Assembly: GCA_965249135.1 (NCBI GenBank)
Contig: OZ252220.1
Coordinates: forward strand, 704,001-768,000
DNA: 64,000 bases
Direction: 5' to 3'
From: Alphaproteobacteria bacterium
Lineage (GTDB): Bacteria > Pseudomonadota > Alphaproteobacteria > GCA-2746255
Shown here: positions 26,699 through 38,465 of the stretch, one piece after another
Layout of the letters: every line of letters starts with the position of its first letter
Numbering within the stretch: position 1 is the stretch's first letter
Program-made: the position numbers and the translations under genes
Notes under the pieces: model-generated
Told to the model about the DNA's origin: nothing
What the model saw: only the letters and a program-made list of their open reading frames with translations
Database searches by the model: none

Positions 26699-28150
26699 CT
26701 ATTCGGCGAGTTTCTTCTTCAGGATCTCGTTCACGAGCTTCGGGTTCGCCTTGCCGTCCGTCGCCTTCATCACCTGGCCGACGAAATAGCCGAACAGCTT
26801 CTCCTTGCCGCCTTTGTAGTCGGCAACCTTCTCGACCTCGCCCCCCAGCACCTTCACGATTGCCGCCTCGATGGCGCCACTGTCCGTCACCTGGCGCAGC
26901 CCCTTCGCTTCGACGATCGCAGCGCTTGGTTCGCCGGTCTCCACCATCTCGGCGAAGACGTCCTTCGCGATCCGCCCGGAAATCGTAGCGTCGGCGATGA
27001 GGTCGATGAGCCCGCCGAGGTTTTCCGCCGAGACGGGCGAGGCCGCAATCGCAACGCCCTTCTTGTTCAGCGCGCCGAAGAGTTCGCTGATCACCCAGTT
27101 CGCGGCCAACTTCGCGTTCCGGCCCTTCGCCACCTTCTCGTAATAGGCGGCGTTTTCCTGCTCGGAAACGAGCACGCCCGCGTCATAAGCCGAAAGGCCA
27201 TATTCGGCGATAAAGCGTTCCTTCTTCGCGTCGGGAAGTTCCGGCAACGCGGCGCGCAAATCCTCGACGTAAGCCTCGCTCAGGCGAAGCGGCAGCAGAT
27301 CCGGATCCGGGAAATAACGATAGTCGTGCGCTTCTTCTTTCGAGCGCATCGGCCGCGTCTCGCCCTTCGCCGAATCGTAAAGCCGGGTCTCCTGCACGAT
27401 CTTGCCGCCGTCCTCCAGGACTTTGACCTGGCGCTTAGCCTCGTACTCGGTGGCCTGCATGGCGAAGCGGACGGAATTCACGTTCTTGATTTCGCAGCGC
27501 GTGCCGTAAGGCTCCCCCGGCCGGCGCACGGAGACGTTCACGTCGCAGCGCATCGAGCCCTCTTCCATATTGCCATCGCAGGTGCCGAGGTAACGCAGGA
27601 TTGAGCGAAGCTTGCGAAGATAGATGCCGACTTCTTCCGGCCCGCGCAGGTCCGGCTCGGAAACGATTTCCATCAGCGCAACGCCGGCCCGGTTGAGATC
27701 GACATAGGTCTGGCTCGGATGCTGATCATGGAGGCTCTTGCCGGCGTCCTGTTCGAGATGAAGACGGGTGAGACCGATCAAACACGTCTTTCCCTCCGGA
27801 AGGTCGAGGAGGACCGCACCCTTGCCTACGATCGGATGAGTCCACTGGGAAATCTGGTAGCCGGCCGGCAGATCCGGATAGAAGTAATTCTTGCGATCGA
27901 AAACGGATACCAGATTGACCTGCGCCTTGAGCCCAAGCCCGGTTCGAACCGCCTGTCGGATGCATTCCTCGTTGATGACCGGCAGCATGCCTGGCATCGC
28001 CGCGTCGACGAGCGAGACCTGGGTGTTCGGCTCGGCCCCAAACGTGGTCGGCGCGCCGGAGAAAAGCTTCGCCTTCGAGACCACCTGGGCATGCACCTCT
28101 AAGCCGATCACGATCTCCCATTCTCCCGTCGCGCCTTCGATCCGCATCAT
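26699..28150 (-). CDS. gatB: Asp/Glu-tRNA amidotransferase subunit B
   Basis: [35 protein letters not shown]. Confidence 0.97.
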   Translation of the reverse strand: MMRIEGATGEWEIVIGLEVHAQVVSKAKLFSGAPTTFGAEPNTQVSLVDAAMPGMLPVINEECIRQAVRTGLGLKAQVNLVSVFDRKNYFYPDLPAGYQISQWTHPIVGKGAVLLDLPEGKTCLIGLTRLHLEQDAGKSLHDQHPSQTYVDLNRAGVALMEIVSEPDLRGPEEVGIYLRKLRSILRYLGTCDGNMEEGSMRCDVNVSVRRPGEPYGTRCEIKNVNSVRFAMQATEYEAKRQVKVLEDGGKIVQETRLYDSAKGETRPMRSKEEAHDYRYFPDPDLLPLRLSEAYVEDLRAALPELPDAKKERFIAEYGLSAYDAGVLVSEQENAAYYEKVAKGRNAKLAANWVISELFGALNKKGVAIAASPVSAENLGGLIDLIADATISGRIAKDVFAEMVETGEPSAAIVEAKGLRQVTDSGAIEAAIVKVLGGEVEKVADYKGGKEKLFGYFVGQVMKATDGKANPKLVNEILKKKLAE

Positions 28151-29622
28151 GCGCCGCTTTCCTTCGCGTGCTTAAGGCTGGGCGCGGCCGCCTCGAGGGC
28201 TGCTGCCGTGCGCAACACGGTCCCCTCGTCGAAGGCCCGCCCGATCAGCTGCAGGCCAAGGGGAAGGCCGTCCTCGGACAGGCCGACCGGCACCGAGATG
28301 CCCGGCAGGCCGGCCAGGCTCGCCGGCACCGTGAAGACGTCGTTCAGATACATCGCGATCGGGTCGTCTGCCTTCTCCCCGATCGGAAAGGCAGGGCTCG
28401 GGGTGGTCGGCGTCAAGAGGACGTCCACCTTCTCGAAGGCCGCCTCGAAATCACTAGCGATCAGGGTCCGCACCTTCTGCGCCTTCAAATAGTAGGCGTC
28501 GTAATAGCCGGCCGACAGCACATAGGCGCCGATCAGGATGCGGCGGCGCACTTCCGGCCCGAAGCCTTCGGCCCGTGTCTTCTTATACATATCGTCGAGG
28601 TCCTGGCCCTCGACCCGAAGGCCGTAGCGAACCCCATCGTAGCGCGCCAGGTTCGACGACGCCTCCGCAGGGGCGATGATGTAATAGGCGGGAAGCGCAT
28701 ATTTCGTGTGCGGGAGCGAGACGTCGACGATCGTAGCACCGGCTGCCTTAAGCCACGCCTTTCCCTTCTCCCAAAGCGCGACGATTTCACCAGCCGTGCC
28801 TTCCGCCTGGTATTCTTTCGGGATGCCGATCTTAAGTCCGCGGACGCCTTGGCCAAGGGCCGCTTCAAAGTCCGGGACCGGCAACTCGGCCGAGGTCGAA
28901 TCCTTCGGATCGAAGCCGGCCATCGCGCCCAGCAGGATGGCCGCGTCCCGAACGCTGCGGGCCAGAGGCCCCGCCTGATCGAGAGACGAGGCAAAAGCGA
29001 CGACCCCCCAGCGCGAGCAGCGCCCATAGGTGGGTTTAAGCCCGACGACGCCGCAGAAGGCGGCGGGCTGGCGGATTGAACCGCCGGTATCCGTCCCCGT
29101 CGCCCCTAGGCAAAGCTTCGCCGCGACGGCGGCCGCGGAACCGCCGGAGGAACCGCCGGGAACGAGCGGCCGGCTTTCGCCTTCCCGCCGCCAGGGATTC
29201 TCGGCCGGCCCGAAATAGCTCGTCACGTTCGACGAGCCCATCGCGAACTCGTCCATATTCGTCTTCCCCAATAGGACGGCACCGGCCTCCCACAGTTTTG
29301 CGGTCACCGTCGATTCGTAAGGAGGCGCGAAGCGCTCCAGGATGTGAGAGGCGGCGGTGGTGACGACGCCTTCCGTGCAAAACAGATCCTTCACCGCGAT
29401 CGGAATGCCTTCCAGCGCACGGCCTTCGCCTTTTGCCAGATGCTGATCCGCCACCTTGGCTGTGGCCATGGCGGCTTCCGGCGTTTCCGTGATGAAGGCG
29501 TTGAGCCCCCGCGCCGCTTCCATCGCGTTTAGATGCGCGCTCACCAGTTCCGTGGCGCTGAAGTCCTTCTTTCGAAGGCCATCGCGCGCCTCGGCAAGGG
29601 AAAGACGGGTAAGCTCTGCCAT
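28147..29622 (-). CDS. gatA: Asp/Glu-tRNA amidotransferase subunit A
   Basis: Amidase signature [31 protein letters not shown]. Confidence 0.97.
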   Translation of the reverse strand: MAELTRLSLAEARDGLRKKDFSATELVSAHLNAMEAARGLNAFITETPEAAMATAKVADQHLAKGEGRALEGIPIAVKDLFCTEGVVTTAASHILERFAPPYESTVTAKLWEAGAVLLGKTNMDEFAMGSSNVTSYFGPAENPWRREGESRPLVPGGSSGGSAAAVAAKLCLGATGTDTGGSIRQPAAFCGVVGLKPTYGRCSRWGVVAFASSLDQAGPLARSVRDAAILLGAMAGFDPKDSTSAELPVPDFEAALGQGVRGLKIGIPKEYQAEGTAGEIVALWEKGKAWLKAAGATIVDVSLPHTKYALPAYYIIAPAEASSNLARYDGVRYGLRVEGQDLDDMYKKTRAEGFGPEVRRRILIGAYVLSAGYYDAYYLKAQKVRTLIASDFEAAFEKVDVLLTPTTPSPAFPIGEKADDPIAMYLNDVFTVPASLAGLPGISVPVGLSEDGLPLGLQLIGRAFDEGTVLRTAAALEAAAPSLKHAKESGA

Positions 29623-29629
29623 GAGCGCC

Positions 29630-29917
29630 CTACTCGACGACCTTCGGAACCGTGAAGAAATCCGCCGTGTGATCCGGCGCGTTTGCCAGGATTTTCTCGT
29701 GCAGATTGCCTTCCGTCACCTCGTCCGCCCGGCGGCGCAATTCCATCGCGGCGACGGACGTCATCGGCTCGACGTTTTTGGTGTCGATCTCCGCAAGCTG
29801 CTCAACGAAATCGAGAATTTGCGAAAGCTCTCCGGCAAGCTCCTCAAGCTCATCCTCGTCCACCCGAACGCAGGCCAAAGAAGCGATGCCTGCCACGGTG
29901 GCCTTGTCCAGCGACAT
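29630..29917 (-). CDS. gatC: Asp/Glu-tRNA amidotransferase subunit C
   Basis: [12 protein letters not shown]...VEQL.E.DT..VEPM...NAP.....FFTVPKVVE. Confidence 0.95.
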   Translation of the reverse strand: MSLDKATVAGIASLACVRVDEDELEELAGELSQILDFVEQLAEIDTKNVEPMTSVAAMELRRRADEVTEGNLHEKILANAPDHTADFFTVPKVVE

Positions 29918-30002
29918 GGGGTAAATCTCTCCAGATCAAATGGTCGGAATGCCTTGAAAACCGGGGCGTCCGGCGGAATATGGGCGGAAGGTATCACCCG
30001 CT

Positions 30003-30485
30003 ATGGCGATCTGCAACCCTATGGAGCTTCGCGAACGCTTGTCCCCGGACGCGTGCCTGATCGGCCTCGACGTCGGGGAAAAAACCATCGGCGTCGCGTT
30101 TTCCGATCCCTCTTGTAAGATCGCGACCCCGTATGAGACGCTAAACCGATCAAAGTTCCAAGACGACATGGAAACATTGAAAGGGCATATTGCTGCCCAT
30201 CGCGCCGGCGGCATCGTCGTCGGCCTGCCCGTCAACATGAACGGAACGGAAGGCCCGCGCTGTCAGTCCACACGCGCCTTTGCCGACAACCTGCTTCAGG
30301 CCATCGACCTGCCACTCGTCTTCTGGGACGAGCGTTTGTCGACGGCCGCCGTGACGCGCATCCTGCTGGATGCGGACCTCTCCCGAAAACGTAGGCGTGA
30401 AGTCGTCGACAAACTCGCCGCCGCTTATATTCTGCAAGGCCTGCTCGATTCCCTCGCCGCCCTTCAACAAAAAGCCAGCCCGTGA
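30003..30485 (+). CDS. yqgF: YqgF/RuvX pre-16S rRNA nuclease
   Basis: LIGLDVGEKTIGVAFSD, VVGLP.NM.G.EG, WDERLST, VDKLAAAYILQ. Confidence 0.92.
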   Translation: MAICNPMELRERLSPDACLIGLDVGEKTIGVAFSDPSCKIATPYETLNRSKFQDDMETLKGHIAAHRAGGIVVGLPVNMNGTEGPRCQSTRAFADNLLQAIDLPLVFWDERLSTAAVTRILLDADLSRKRRREVVDKLAAAYILQGLLDSLAALQQKASP

Positions 30486-31699
30486 CGAGCTCCCTTGAGA
30501 ACATCCGTATCCTCGATCTCACGCGCGTGCTAGCCGGGCCAGTCTGCACACAGCTCTTGGGCGATCTGGGGGCCGACGTCATCAAGGTCGAGCGGCCCGC
30601 TATCGGCGACGACACGCGCAAATGGGGGCCGCCCTACCTCAAGGGTGGGGCCGGAAACGAGACCTCCGAAAGCTCCTATTACCTGAGCGCCAACCGCAAC
30701 AAACGCTCGATCACGCTTGACCTTGCCAAGCCGGAGGGTCAGGCCATCGCCAAGCGGCTCCTGGAAAAGAGCGACTTCCTGGTCGAGAACTTCAAGGTCG
30801 GCACATTAAAGAAGTATGGGCTTGCCTACGATCAACTCAAACCCGCCTTTCCCGCCCTCATCTACTGTTCGATCACCGGCTTCGGACAGACCGGCCCGTA
30901 TGCGCACCGGGCAGGATACGACTACCTCGCCCAGGCCATGGGCGGCTTGATGAGCATCACCGGCGAGCCCGAGGGCGCACCGCTGAAAGTCGGCGTCGGC
31001 ATCGCCGACATCATGGCCGGCATGTATGCGGCAAGCGCCATGCTGGCGGCGCTGCATCGGCGCGACGCAACGGGCGAAGGCCAATACATCGACATCGGCC
31101 TTTTGGATTCGCAGGTCGCCTGGCTCACCTATGAAGGGCAGAACTACCTCACGTCTGGTCACGTGCCGAAGCGATTGGGAAATGCGCACCCGAACATCGT
31201 GCCCTACCAGACCTTCGAGGCGGCGGACGGCTACTTCGTCCTGGCCGTCGGCAACGACCGCCAGTTTCAGAAATTCTGCAATCTTGCGGGTTGCCCGGAA
31301 CTGGCCGAGGATCCGCGTTTCCATACGAATTCGGAGCGCATAAAAAACCGCAAGGCGCTCGCCGAACGCTTAGGCGAGGTGATCGTGCAAAAGCCGATCA
31401 AGTACTGGACGGAGGAACTGGAAAAGCTGGGCGTGCCCTCAGGGCCGGTCAACGACATCCGGGAAGTGTTCGAAGACCCACACATCCGTCACCGCGAGAT
31501 GAAGATCCAGATGCCGCATACGCTTCGGGCGGATCCGCCGGTCGATTTGATCGGCAACCCGATCCGGCTTTCGAAGACGCCCGTCTCCTATCGCCACGCC
31601 CCGCCGACCCTTGGCCAGCACACGGACGAGATTTTAGGCGATCTGCTCGATATGCCGGCCAATGAGCGGGGGGACTTGCGGAAAAAGGGCATTATCTAG
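30482..31699 (+). CDS. CaiB/BaiF class III CoA-transferase
   Basis: ILDLTRVLAGP, LGADVIKVERP..GDDTR.WGPP, ANRNKRS, GYDYLAQ. Confidence 0.9.
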   Translation: MTSSLENIRILDLTRVLAGPVCTQLLGDLGADVIKVERPAIGDDTRKWGPPYLKGGAGNETSESSYYLSANRNKRSITLDLAKPEGQAIAKRLLEKSDFLVENFKVGTLKKYGLAYDQLKPAFPALIYCSITGFGQTGPYAHRAGYDYLAQAMGGLMSITGEPEGAPLKVGVGIADIMAGMYAASAMLAALHRRDATGEGQYIDIGLLDSQVAWLTYEGQNYLTSGHVPKRLGNAHPNIVPYQTFEAADGYFVLAVGNDRQFQKFCNLAGCPELAEDPRFHTNSERIKNRKALAERLGEVIVQKPIKYWTEELEKLGVPSGPVNDIREVFEDPHIRHREMKIQMPHTLRADPPVDLIGNPIRLSKTPVSYRHAPPTLGQHTDEILGDLLDMPANERGDLRKKGII

Positions 31700-31752
31700 G
31701 GGTTGCCGCTCCCTTGCGGAAAACGTAAGAGACGGCGTATAGTGCCGCTTTA

Positions 31753-32721
31753 ATGAACAAGATCGGCTCCAATACCTTCTTTCCCCACAAGAATCTCCTG
31801 GGGATCGAGGGGCTTTTGGCAGACGAGATTTCCCACCTTCTCGATCTTTCCGAATCCTACGTCGAACAGAACCGCCAGGCGAACAAGAAGCGCCCGCTTC
31901 TGCAAGGCCGCACCGTCATCAACCTTTTCTTCGAAAGTTCGACGCGCACGCGGACTTCCTTCGAGCTTGCCTGCAAACGCCTCAGCGCGGATGCGATCAA
32001 CATGTCCGTCTCGACGAGCGCGATCAAAAAAGGCGAGACGCTGCTCGACACGGCGATGACGCTGAATGCGATGCACCCGGATGTTCTGGTCGTGCGCCAC
32101 CCCCACAGTGGCGCCGTAAAGCTGCTTGCCGAAAAAGTCACCTGCTCGGTGATCAATGCAGGCGATGGCAGTCACGAACATCCGACCCAAGCCCTTCTCG
32201 ACGCGCTGACCATCCGGCGACGCAAGAAACGGCTGGAAGGACTGCGGGTCGCCATTTGCGGCGACGTTCTGCATAGCCGGGTCGCGCGCTCGAACATTCA
32301 TCTGCTAAACACGATGGGGGCAAGCGTCTGCGTCGTGGCGCCCGTGACCTTGCTGCCGATCAAGATCGAGCGTCTCGGTGTCGAAATCTTCCACGACATG
32401 GCGGAAGGACTCAAAGGTTGCGACATCGTCATGATGCTCAGGTTGCAACGCGAAAGGATGAATGGGAATTTTATCCCTTCGCTTCGGGAATATTTCCGCT
32501 TCTTCGGCCTAGACGCCGAAAAACTGGCCAGCGCAAAACCAGATGCGCTGATCATGCACCCGGGACCCATGAACCGCGGCGTCGAGATCGACAGCGAAGT
32601 CGCCGACGACATCGCGCGCAGCGCCATTCACGAACAGGTCGAAATGGGCGTTGCCGTGCGGATGGCCTGTCTCGAAACCCTCATCGCCTCGGCCGCGCAT
32701 GCCGCGGAGGCGTCGTCATGA
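31753..32721 (+). CDS. pyrB: Aspartate carbamoyltransferase catalytic subunit
   Basis: [29 protein letters not shown]. Confidence 0.96.
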   Translation: MNKIGSNTFFPHKNLLGIEGLLADEISHLLDLSESYVEQNRQANKKRPLLQGRTVINLFFESSTRTRTSFELACKRLSADAINMSVSTSAIKKGETLLDTAMTLNAMHPDVLVVRHPHSGAVKLLAEKVTCSVINAGDGSHEHPTQALLDALTIRRRKKRLEGLRVAICGDVLHSRVARSNIHLLNTMGASVCVVAPVTLLPIKIERLGVEIFHDMAEGLKGCDIVMMLRLQRERMNGNFIPSLREYFRFFGLDAEKLASAKPDALIMHPGPMNRGVEIDSEVADDIARSAIHEQVEMGVAVRMACLETLIASAAHAAEASS

Positions 32722-34022
32722 CGGGCAACGAAGGCCGGACGGCTTACGTGAACGCCCGCCTGCTGGATCCGGCGAGCGGGCTGGATAAGAAGGGCGCCCT
32801 TCTTACGGAAGGCGAGAAAATTCTGGACCTCGGGCCGAAGCTCTTTGCCGACGGCGTGCCGGACGGCATCGAGCGCATCGATTGCGAGGGCCACTGCCTG
32901 GCGCCCGGGCTGATCGATGCGCGCGTTCAACTCCGCGAACCCGGCGACGAACACAAGGAGACAATCACGACGGCGGGGTTGGCAGCAGCAGCCGGTGGCG
33001 TGACGACGATGCTGTGCCTGCCGAACACGCACCCCGTCATCGACGAGGTCGCCCTTGTCGAACTCGTGAAACGCCGCGCCCATGATGCGGAACTCGTCAA
33101 CATTCACCCTTATGCCGCCATCACGAAGGACCTGGCCGGCGAGCAGATCACGGAAATGGGACTGCTGGCCGAGGCCGGCGCCGTCGCCTTCACCGACGGC
33201 GTGGTGGCCGTCAGCAACGCCATGACCTTCAAGCGGGCACTCAGCTATGCCTCGACCTTCGATCTTCTGCTCGTCCAGCACCCGGAGGATCCGGACCTGG
33301 CGAATGGCGGCGTGATGAACGAGGGCGAGATGGCGACCCGGCTTGGGCTTGCCGGCATTCCCCCCATTGCCGAGACGATCCTGGTCGAGCGCGACCTGCG
33401 CTTGCTGGAACTGACCGGTGGGCGTTACCACGCGGCGCATCTTTCAACGGCGGACGCGATCGAGGCCGTCCGTCGGGCAAAGGCGAAGGGGCTCAACGTG
33501 ACGTGCGAAACGGCGCCGCCCTACTTTGCGTTGAACGAGACGGCGGTCGGCGATTACCGAACCTTTGCAAAACTTTCTCCGCCGCTTCGGAATGAGACCG
33601 ATCGCGAGGCCGTCATCGAGGGGCTTAAGGACGGCACCATCGATCTGATCGCAAGCGATCACGCGCCCCACGATCAGGACAGCAAGCGGCTGCCGTTCGT
33701 TCAGGCGGAAAACGGCATCATCGGTCTCGAGGCCTTGTTGCCGCTGACGCTTGAGCTCACCCACAACGGATCGCTCACCCTCCTGCGCGCGCTCGAGGCG
33801 GTGACGGCCGCACCGGCGCGCACCTTCCGCCTTTCCGGTGGCGTGCTTGCGAAGGGGGGGGCGGCCGACCTCGTGCTTTTCGATCTGGAAAAACCTTGGA
33901 AGATCGACGTCGAGCGGTTCCGGAGCAAATCGAAGAACTCGCCTTTCGACAAACGTCCCGTGCAGGGAATTGTGCTACGCACGGTGTCCGCCGGACGGCC
34001 GATCTTCGTTCGGGAAACTTAA
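32718..34022 (+). CDS. pyrC: Dihydroorotase-like protein (probably PyrC'-type)
   Basis: Amidohydrolase fold ([22 protein letters not shown]), but the metal-binding DxHxH reads DARVQ. Confidence 0.85.
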   Translation: MTGNEGRTAYVNARLLDPASGLDKKGALLTEGEKILDLGPKLFADGVPDGIERIDCEGHCLAPGLIDARVQLREPGDEHKETITTAGLAAAAGGVTTMLCLPNTHPVIDEVALVELVKRRAHDAELVNIHPYAAITKDLAGEQITEMGLLAEAGAVAFTDGVVAVSNAMTFKRALSYASTFDLLLVQHPEDPDLANGGVMNEGEMATRLGLAGIPPIAETILVERDLRLLELTGGRYHAAHLSTADAIEAVRRAKAKGLNVTCETAPPYFALNETAVGDYRTFAKLSPPLRNETDREAVIEGLKDGTIDLIASDHAPHDQDSKRLPFVQAENGIIGLEALLPLTLELTHNGSLTLLRALEAVTAAPARTFRLSGGVLAKGGAADLVLFDLEKPWKIDVERFRSKSKNSPFDKRPVQGIVLRTVSAGRPIFVRET

Positions 34023-34025
34023 GGA

Positions 34026-34646
34026 ATGGCCGCGTTCTCGGAAATAGCGTTGGACCACCTCCTGTTGGCGGCGGCGGTAGGTTATCTGCTCGGCTCCATT
34101 CCCTTCGGGCTTTTGCTCACCCGCCTGGCCGGTCGCGGCGAACTTCGTAAACTTGGCTCCGGCAATATCGGTGCGACGAATGTGCTTCGCTCAGGATCGA
34201 AGCTGCTTGCCCTCCTCACCCTTCTCCTTGACATCGGCAAGGGTGCGGCCGCCGCCGCCATTGGGCTTGAATTTGGCTTTCCGGTCGCCTTGATCGCGGG
34301 CGGCAGCGCCATCCTTGGCCATCTGTTCCCGGTCTGGCTCGGTTTTCATGGCGGCAAAGGCGTGGCGACGACGCTTGGCGTGCTTCTCATGCTGCTGGCT
34401 CCCGTCGGCCTCATCGCCATCGTCGTCTGGCTTCTCGTTGCCGCGCTTTTCCGTTATTCCTCCCTTGCCGCGCTTCTCGCCATCGGAACGGCACCGCTTT
34501 CCGCCTTCTTCTTCGGCGATACCGCGTTTACCGCCTTCACCATTCTGGTCGCCGGCATCGTGCTCTTTCGCCATCGGGCGAACGTCCGCCGCCTGGTCAG
34601 GGGAGAGGAACCTAAGATCGGCCGCTCGGCGGCGCCGGGGCCCTGA
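34026..34646 (+). CDS. plsY: Glycerol-3-phosphate acyltransferase
   Basis: YLLGSIPFG, GSGNIGATNVLR, GGKGVAT, RH.ANV.RL..GEEPK. Confidence 0.95.
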   Translation: MAAFSEIALDHLLLAAAVGYLLGSIPFGLLLTRLAGRGELRKLGSGNIGATNVLRSGSKLLALLTLLLDIGKGAAAAAIGLEFGFPVALIAGGSAILGHLFPVWLGFHGGKGVATTLGVLLMLLAPVGLIAIVVWLLVAALFRYSSLAALLAIGTAPLSAFFFGDTAFTAFTILVAGIVLFRHRANVRRLVRGEEPKIGRSAAPGP

Positions 34647-35773
34647 TGCCGCCGAAGCCGCGAACGCTTTCCGATGAAGAACGCCTCGACTGGCTCCGCT
34701 TAATCCGAAGCGAAAACGTCGGCCCGATCACCTTTTACAAACTGCTCGAGGCCTACGGCACGGCAGCGGCCGCCCTCGAGGTGGCGCCGAAACTTGCCCG
34801 CCGGGGTGGCCGGCTGAAGCCGGTCGGGGTCTGCCCGAAGGCCGAAGCGATGCGGGAGATCGAGGCCCACGCGAAAATAGGGGCGCGGCTCGTCGCCTTC
34901 GGCGAACCCGATTACCCGCCCGAGCTTGCCCATATCTACGACCCGCCGCCCGTCTTGAGCCTCCTTGGCCATGCCCACCTTTTCGAAAGGCATGCCTTTG
35001 CCATCGTCGGTGCACGCAACGCATCGGCGAATGGGCGGCGATTTGCGGAACGGATCGCGGCGGACTTGGGATCGAACGGGCTGTTGATCGTGTCTGGGCT
35101 AGCGCGCGGCATCGATACGGCGGCCCACGAAGGCGGCCTTGCAACGGGCACCGTCGCCGTGCAGGCCGGCGGCATCGACGTTCCCTACCCTCAGGAGAAT
35201 GCGCGTCTTTATGAACGGATCGCAAGCGAAGGGGTCCTGTTTTCCGAACAGCCCCTCGGTACCGCACCCCAGGCTCGCCACTTCCCGCGACGCAACCGCC
35301 TCGTCTCCGGCACCTGCCTTGGCGTGCTGATCGTCGAGGCGGCGCCGAAGTCCGGTTCGCTGATCACGGCGCGGATGGCCCTCGAACAGGGCCGTGACGT
35401 CTTCGCGGTTCCGGGCTCGCCGCTCGATCCCCGGGCCCAGGGCACGAACCATCTCATTCGCCAGGGCGCCACGCTCACCGAGTCGGCTCACGACATTTTG
35501 ATGGCGCTCGAAGGCCGGCTTCGCCGACCGCTCGAAGAGCGCGAAGCCCCGGCTCTCAAAGCCCCGACCGCCCCGCCGCCCAACGAATCGGAAGTCACCG
35601 AAGCCCGCGAGCAAGTGCTGGAAATGCTCAGCCCCTCACCGGTAATGGTTGACGAAATCCTTCGGCGATGCCAATTGTCACCCGCCGTTCTATCCACGGT
35701 TCTTCTCGAACTAAAGCTTGCAGGCCGTCTCGAACGCCATCCCGGCAATCAGGTTTCGTTGCTGTCTCTATAA
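34646..35773 (+). CDS. dprA: DNA-processing protein
   Basis: IVGARNAS, VSGLARGID, HFPRRNRLVSG, SGSLITA. Confidence 0.95.
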   Translation: MPPKPRTLSDEERLDWLRLIRSENVGPITFYKLLEAYGTAAAALEVAPKLARRGGRLKPVGVCPKAEAMREIEAHAKIGARLVAFGEPDYPPELAHIYDPPPVLSLLGHAHLFERHAFAIVGARNASANGRRFAERIAADLGSNGLLIVSGLARGIDTAAHEGGLATGTVAVQAGGIDVPYPQENARLYERIASEGVLFSEQPLGTAPQARHFPRRNRLVSGTCLGVLIVEAAPKSGSLITARMALEQGRDVFAVPGSPLDPRAQGTNHLIRQGATLTESAHDILMALEGRLRRPLEEREAPALKAPTAPPPNESEVTEAREQVLEMLSPSPVMVDEILRRCQLSPAVLSTVLLELKLAGRLERHPGNQVSLLSL

Positions 35774-35817
35774 AGAGAAGACAGGATTTTTATTTTTTTC
35801 GACTCCGTTGAGGGCAT

Positions 35818-38448
35818 ATGAGCGTCGTTATTGTTGAATCGCCGGCCAAGGCAAAGACGATTAATAAGTATCTCGGCAGCGACTACGAGGTCGTGGCCAG
35901 CTATGGCCACGTGCGCGATCTCCCGGCCAAGGCAGGGTCCGTCCTCCCCGAAGAGGACTTCGCCATGCTTTGGACGATCGATGTAAAATCCGAAAAACGC
36001 ATGAAAGACATTGCCGAGGCCGTTCGGGGGGCGGGTCATCTTTATCTGGCGACGGACCCCGACCGCGAGGGCGAAGCCATCGCCTGGCACATCCGTGAGG
36101 TGTTGCGAGAGCGCGGTGCGCTCGAGAACGTCGAGGTGCACCGCGTCGCCTTTCACGAAATTACCAAGTCGGCCGTGCTGGACGCGATGCAACATCCACG
36201 CGACCTCGACCACAAGCTGATCGATTCGTACCTTGCGCGGCGCGCGCTCGACTACCTCGTCGGGTTCACCCTTTCGCCGGTGCTTTGGCGCAAGCTCCCC
36301 GGCAGCCGCTCGGCCGGGCGCGTGCAATCCGTGGCGCTACGCCTGATCTGCGAGCGGGAAGCGGAGATCGATATCTTCAAGCCCCGGGAATACTGGACGA
36401 TCGAGGCCATCTTCGAGACCGCTGCCGGCGACAAGATCCCGGCGAAGCTGACCCAATTGAACGGCGAGAAGGTCGAGAAGTTCAGCCTCGAGACGGAGGC
36501 CGCGGCGAGGTCCGCGCTGGATCGCCTGGAACCGCAGGACTTTGCCGTCGAACGCATCGAGCGCAAGCAGTCCCGCCGGCACCCACCGGCACCCTTTACG
36601 ACATCGACCCTGCAGCAGGAAGCCTCCCGCAAGCTCGGCTTTTCGGCGAAGCATACGATGAGCGTCGCCCAGCGTCTCTACGAAGGCCTCGATGTCGGTG
36701 GCGATACGGGTGGGTTGATCACCTACATGCGGACCGACAGCGTTCACATCGCAAAGGAAGCCATTGCCGCTTCCCGCAGCACGATCGCCAGCGAGTACGG
36801 CAATCCCTATCTTCCGAAAACACCCCACGCCTACCGCAGCCACGCGAAGAATGCGCAGGAAGCCCACGAGGCAATCCGTCCGACAAATTTTCAGCGACGC
36901 CCTCAGGATGTCGTCCGTTCGCTCAATCCGGATCAGGCAAAATTTTATGAGCTCATCTGGAAACGCGCGCTGGCAAGTCAGATGTCCAGTGCGCTGCTCG
37001 ATAACGTCGCCATCGACATTGCGGCTTCGGATGGAAAGGATACGTTCCGCGCGACCGGCTCCGTCGTCACCTTCGATGGATTCCTGAAGCTTTATCAGGA
37101 AGGGCGCGACGAACCGAGCGAGGATGAAGAAGGAAAAGAACTCCCCCGTGTCTCGGAAAAGGATTCCATGCCGAGAAAACAAATCCAACCGGAACAACAT
37201 TTCACCCAACCTCCGCCGCGGTTTTCGGAAGCGAGCCTCGTAAAACGACTCGAAGAGTTGGGCATCGGCCGTCCTTCGACCTATGCATCGATCATTTCCG
37301 TTCTTCAGGACCGCGATTACGTCCGGCTCGAGAAGAAACGTTTTATCCCGGAGGATCGCGGAAGGCTGGTCACCTCCTTCCTTGCGAACTTTTTCCAGCG
37401 TTACATTCAATACCACTTCACGGCCGACCTCGAAGACCGGCTCGACGACATCTCCGAAGGGCGGACGGATTGGAAACAGGTCCTGCACGATTTCTGGACG
37501 AAATTCGAAACCTCCATCGACAATACGAAGGATCTGGCGATCAAGGACGTGCTCGACGCCCTCGACAAGACCCTTGGCGCCCACTTCTTCCCGCAAACAG
37601 ATCCAAACGTGGACCCCCGCCGCTGTCCGGCCTGCGACCAGGGCAAGCTTGCGCTGAAGCTCGGCAAGTTCGGCGCCTTCGTCGGCTGCTCGACCTATCC
37701 GGACTGCGCCTATACGCGCCAGCTCGCGGAAGGCCTCCAGGAGAATGGCGGCGCCGTCCTCGAAGGTCCGGTCGAACTCGGTCAGGACCCGGAAACCGGC
37801 GAGACGGTCAGCCTTCGCAAGGGCCCCTACGGACTTTATCTCCAGCTTGGCGAAGTGAAGGAAAAAGGCGACAAGCCGAGGCGGGTTTCCTTGCCTGCGG
37901 ATCGCTCGCCTCAGGATCTCGAACTCGACCTCGCGCTCCAATTGCTGCGCCTGCCGCGCGAGGTGGGCAAGCACCCGGAGAACGGTGCGCCGATTCTGGC
38001 CGGCATCGGCCGGTACGGCCCCTACGTCCAGCATGAAAAGAACTACCATTCGCTGCCTACCGTCGATGATGTGTTGACGATCGGTTTGAACCGGGCCGTC
38101 GATGTGCTGGCAACGCCCAAGAAAGGGCGGCAGACGGCAGCAGCCCTTCGCACGCTTGGCGACCATCCGGAGGATGCCAAACCCATCACCGTCCACGATG
38201 GAAGGTACGGGCCCTATGTGAAGCATGGCGGCACGAACGCGACCATCCCGAAAAGCAGCTCACCAGAATCGATCACGCTGGAAGAGGCGCTGCCCCTGCT
38301 GGCCGCACGCGAAGAAAGAAAAAAGAAGAAAAAAACATCGAAATCCCGTTCAAAGACCACAAAGAAAAAGACTACAAAGAAAAAGGCCGCAAAGAAGAAG
38401 ACCGTAAAGAAGAAGACCGCGGCGGATGCTTCAGCTTCTTCCGCTTAA
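35818..38448 (+). CDS. topA: DNA topoisomerase I
   Basis: IVESPAKAKTI, ATDPDREGEAI, SAGRVQS, LITYMRTDS, Lys-rich tail. Confidence 0.97.
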   Translation: MSVVIVESPAKAKTINKYLGSDYEVVASYGHVRDLPAKAGSVLPEEDFAMLWTIDVKSEKRMKDIAEAVRGAGHLYLATDPDREGEAIAWHIREVLRERGALENVEVHRVAFHEITKSAVLDAMQHPRDLDHKLIDSYLARRALDYLVGFTLSPVLWRKLPGSRSAGRVQSVALRLICEREAEIDIFKPREYWTIEAIFETAAGDKIPAKLTQLNGEKVEKFSLETEAAARSALDRLEPQDFAVERIERKQSRRHPPAPFTTSTLQQEASRKLGFSAKHTMSVAQRLYEGLDVGGDTGGLITYMRTDSVHIAKEAIAASRSTIASEYGNPYLPKTPHAYRSHAKNAQEAHEAIRPTNFQRRPQDVVRSLNPDQAKFYELIWKRALASQMSSALLDNVAIDIAASDGKDTFRATGSVVTFDGFLKLYQEGRDEPSEDEEGKELPRVSEKDSMPRKQIQPEQHFTQPPPRFSEASLVKRLEELGIGRPSTYASIISVLQDRDYVRLEKKRFIPEDRGRLVTSFLANFFQRYIQYHFTADLEDRLDDISEGRTDWKQVLHDFWTKFETSIDNTKDLAIKDVLDALDKTLGAHFFPQTDPNVDPRRCPACDQGKLALKLGKFGAFVGCSTYPDCAYTRQLAEGLQENGGAVLEGPVELGQDPETGETVSLRKGPYGLYLQLGEVKEKGDKPRRVSLPADRSPQDLELDLALQLLRLPREVGKHPENGAPILAGIGRYGPYVQHEKNYHSLPTVDDVLTIGLNRAVDVLATPKKGRQTAAALRTLGDHPEDAKPITVHDGRYGPYVKHGGTNATIPKSSSPESITLEEALPLLAAREERKKKKKTSKSRSKTTKKKTTKKKAAKKKTVKKKTAADASASSA

Positions 38449-38465
38449 ACGAACGTTTAAAGTCC

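Noticed and set aside
30482-31699. CoA-transferase between yqgF and pyrB as a horizontal insertion
   Set aside because: Composition resembles its neighbours, it is translationally coupled to yqgF, and I saw no flanking repeats.
36337-38226. Long antisense or alternate-frame ORFs (this one, 603-1700, 8360-9826, 14716-16131, 16505-17974, the upstream part of 53145-54944 and others)
   Set aside because: Shadows of real genes in high-GC DNA, with no motifs and Arg/Pro/Gly-rich or reverse-codon composition.
38319-38420. A-rich low-complexity tract as a regulatory or repeat element
   Set aside because: It encodes the Lys-rich C-terminal tail usual in alphaproteobacterial TopA.
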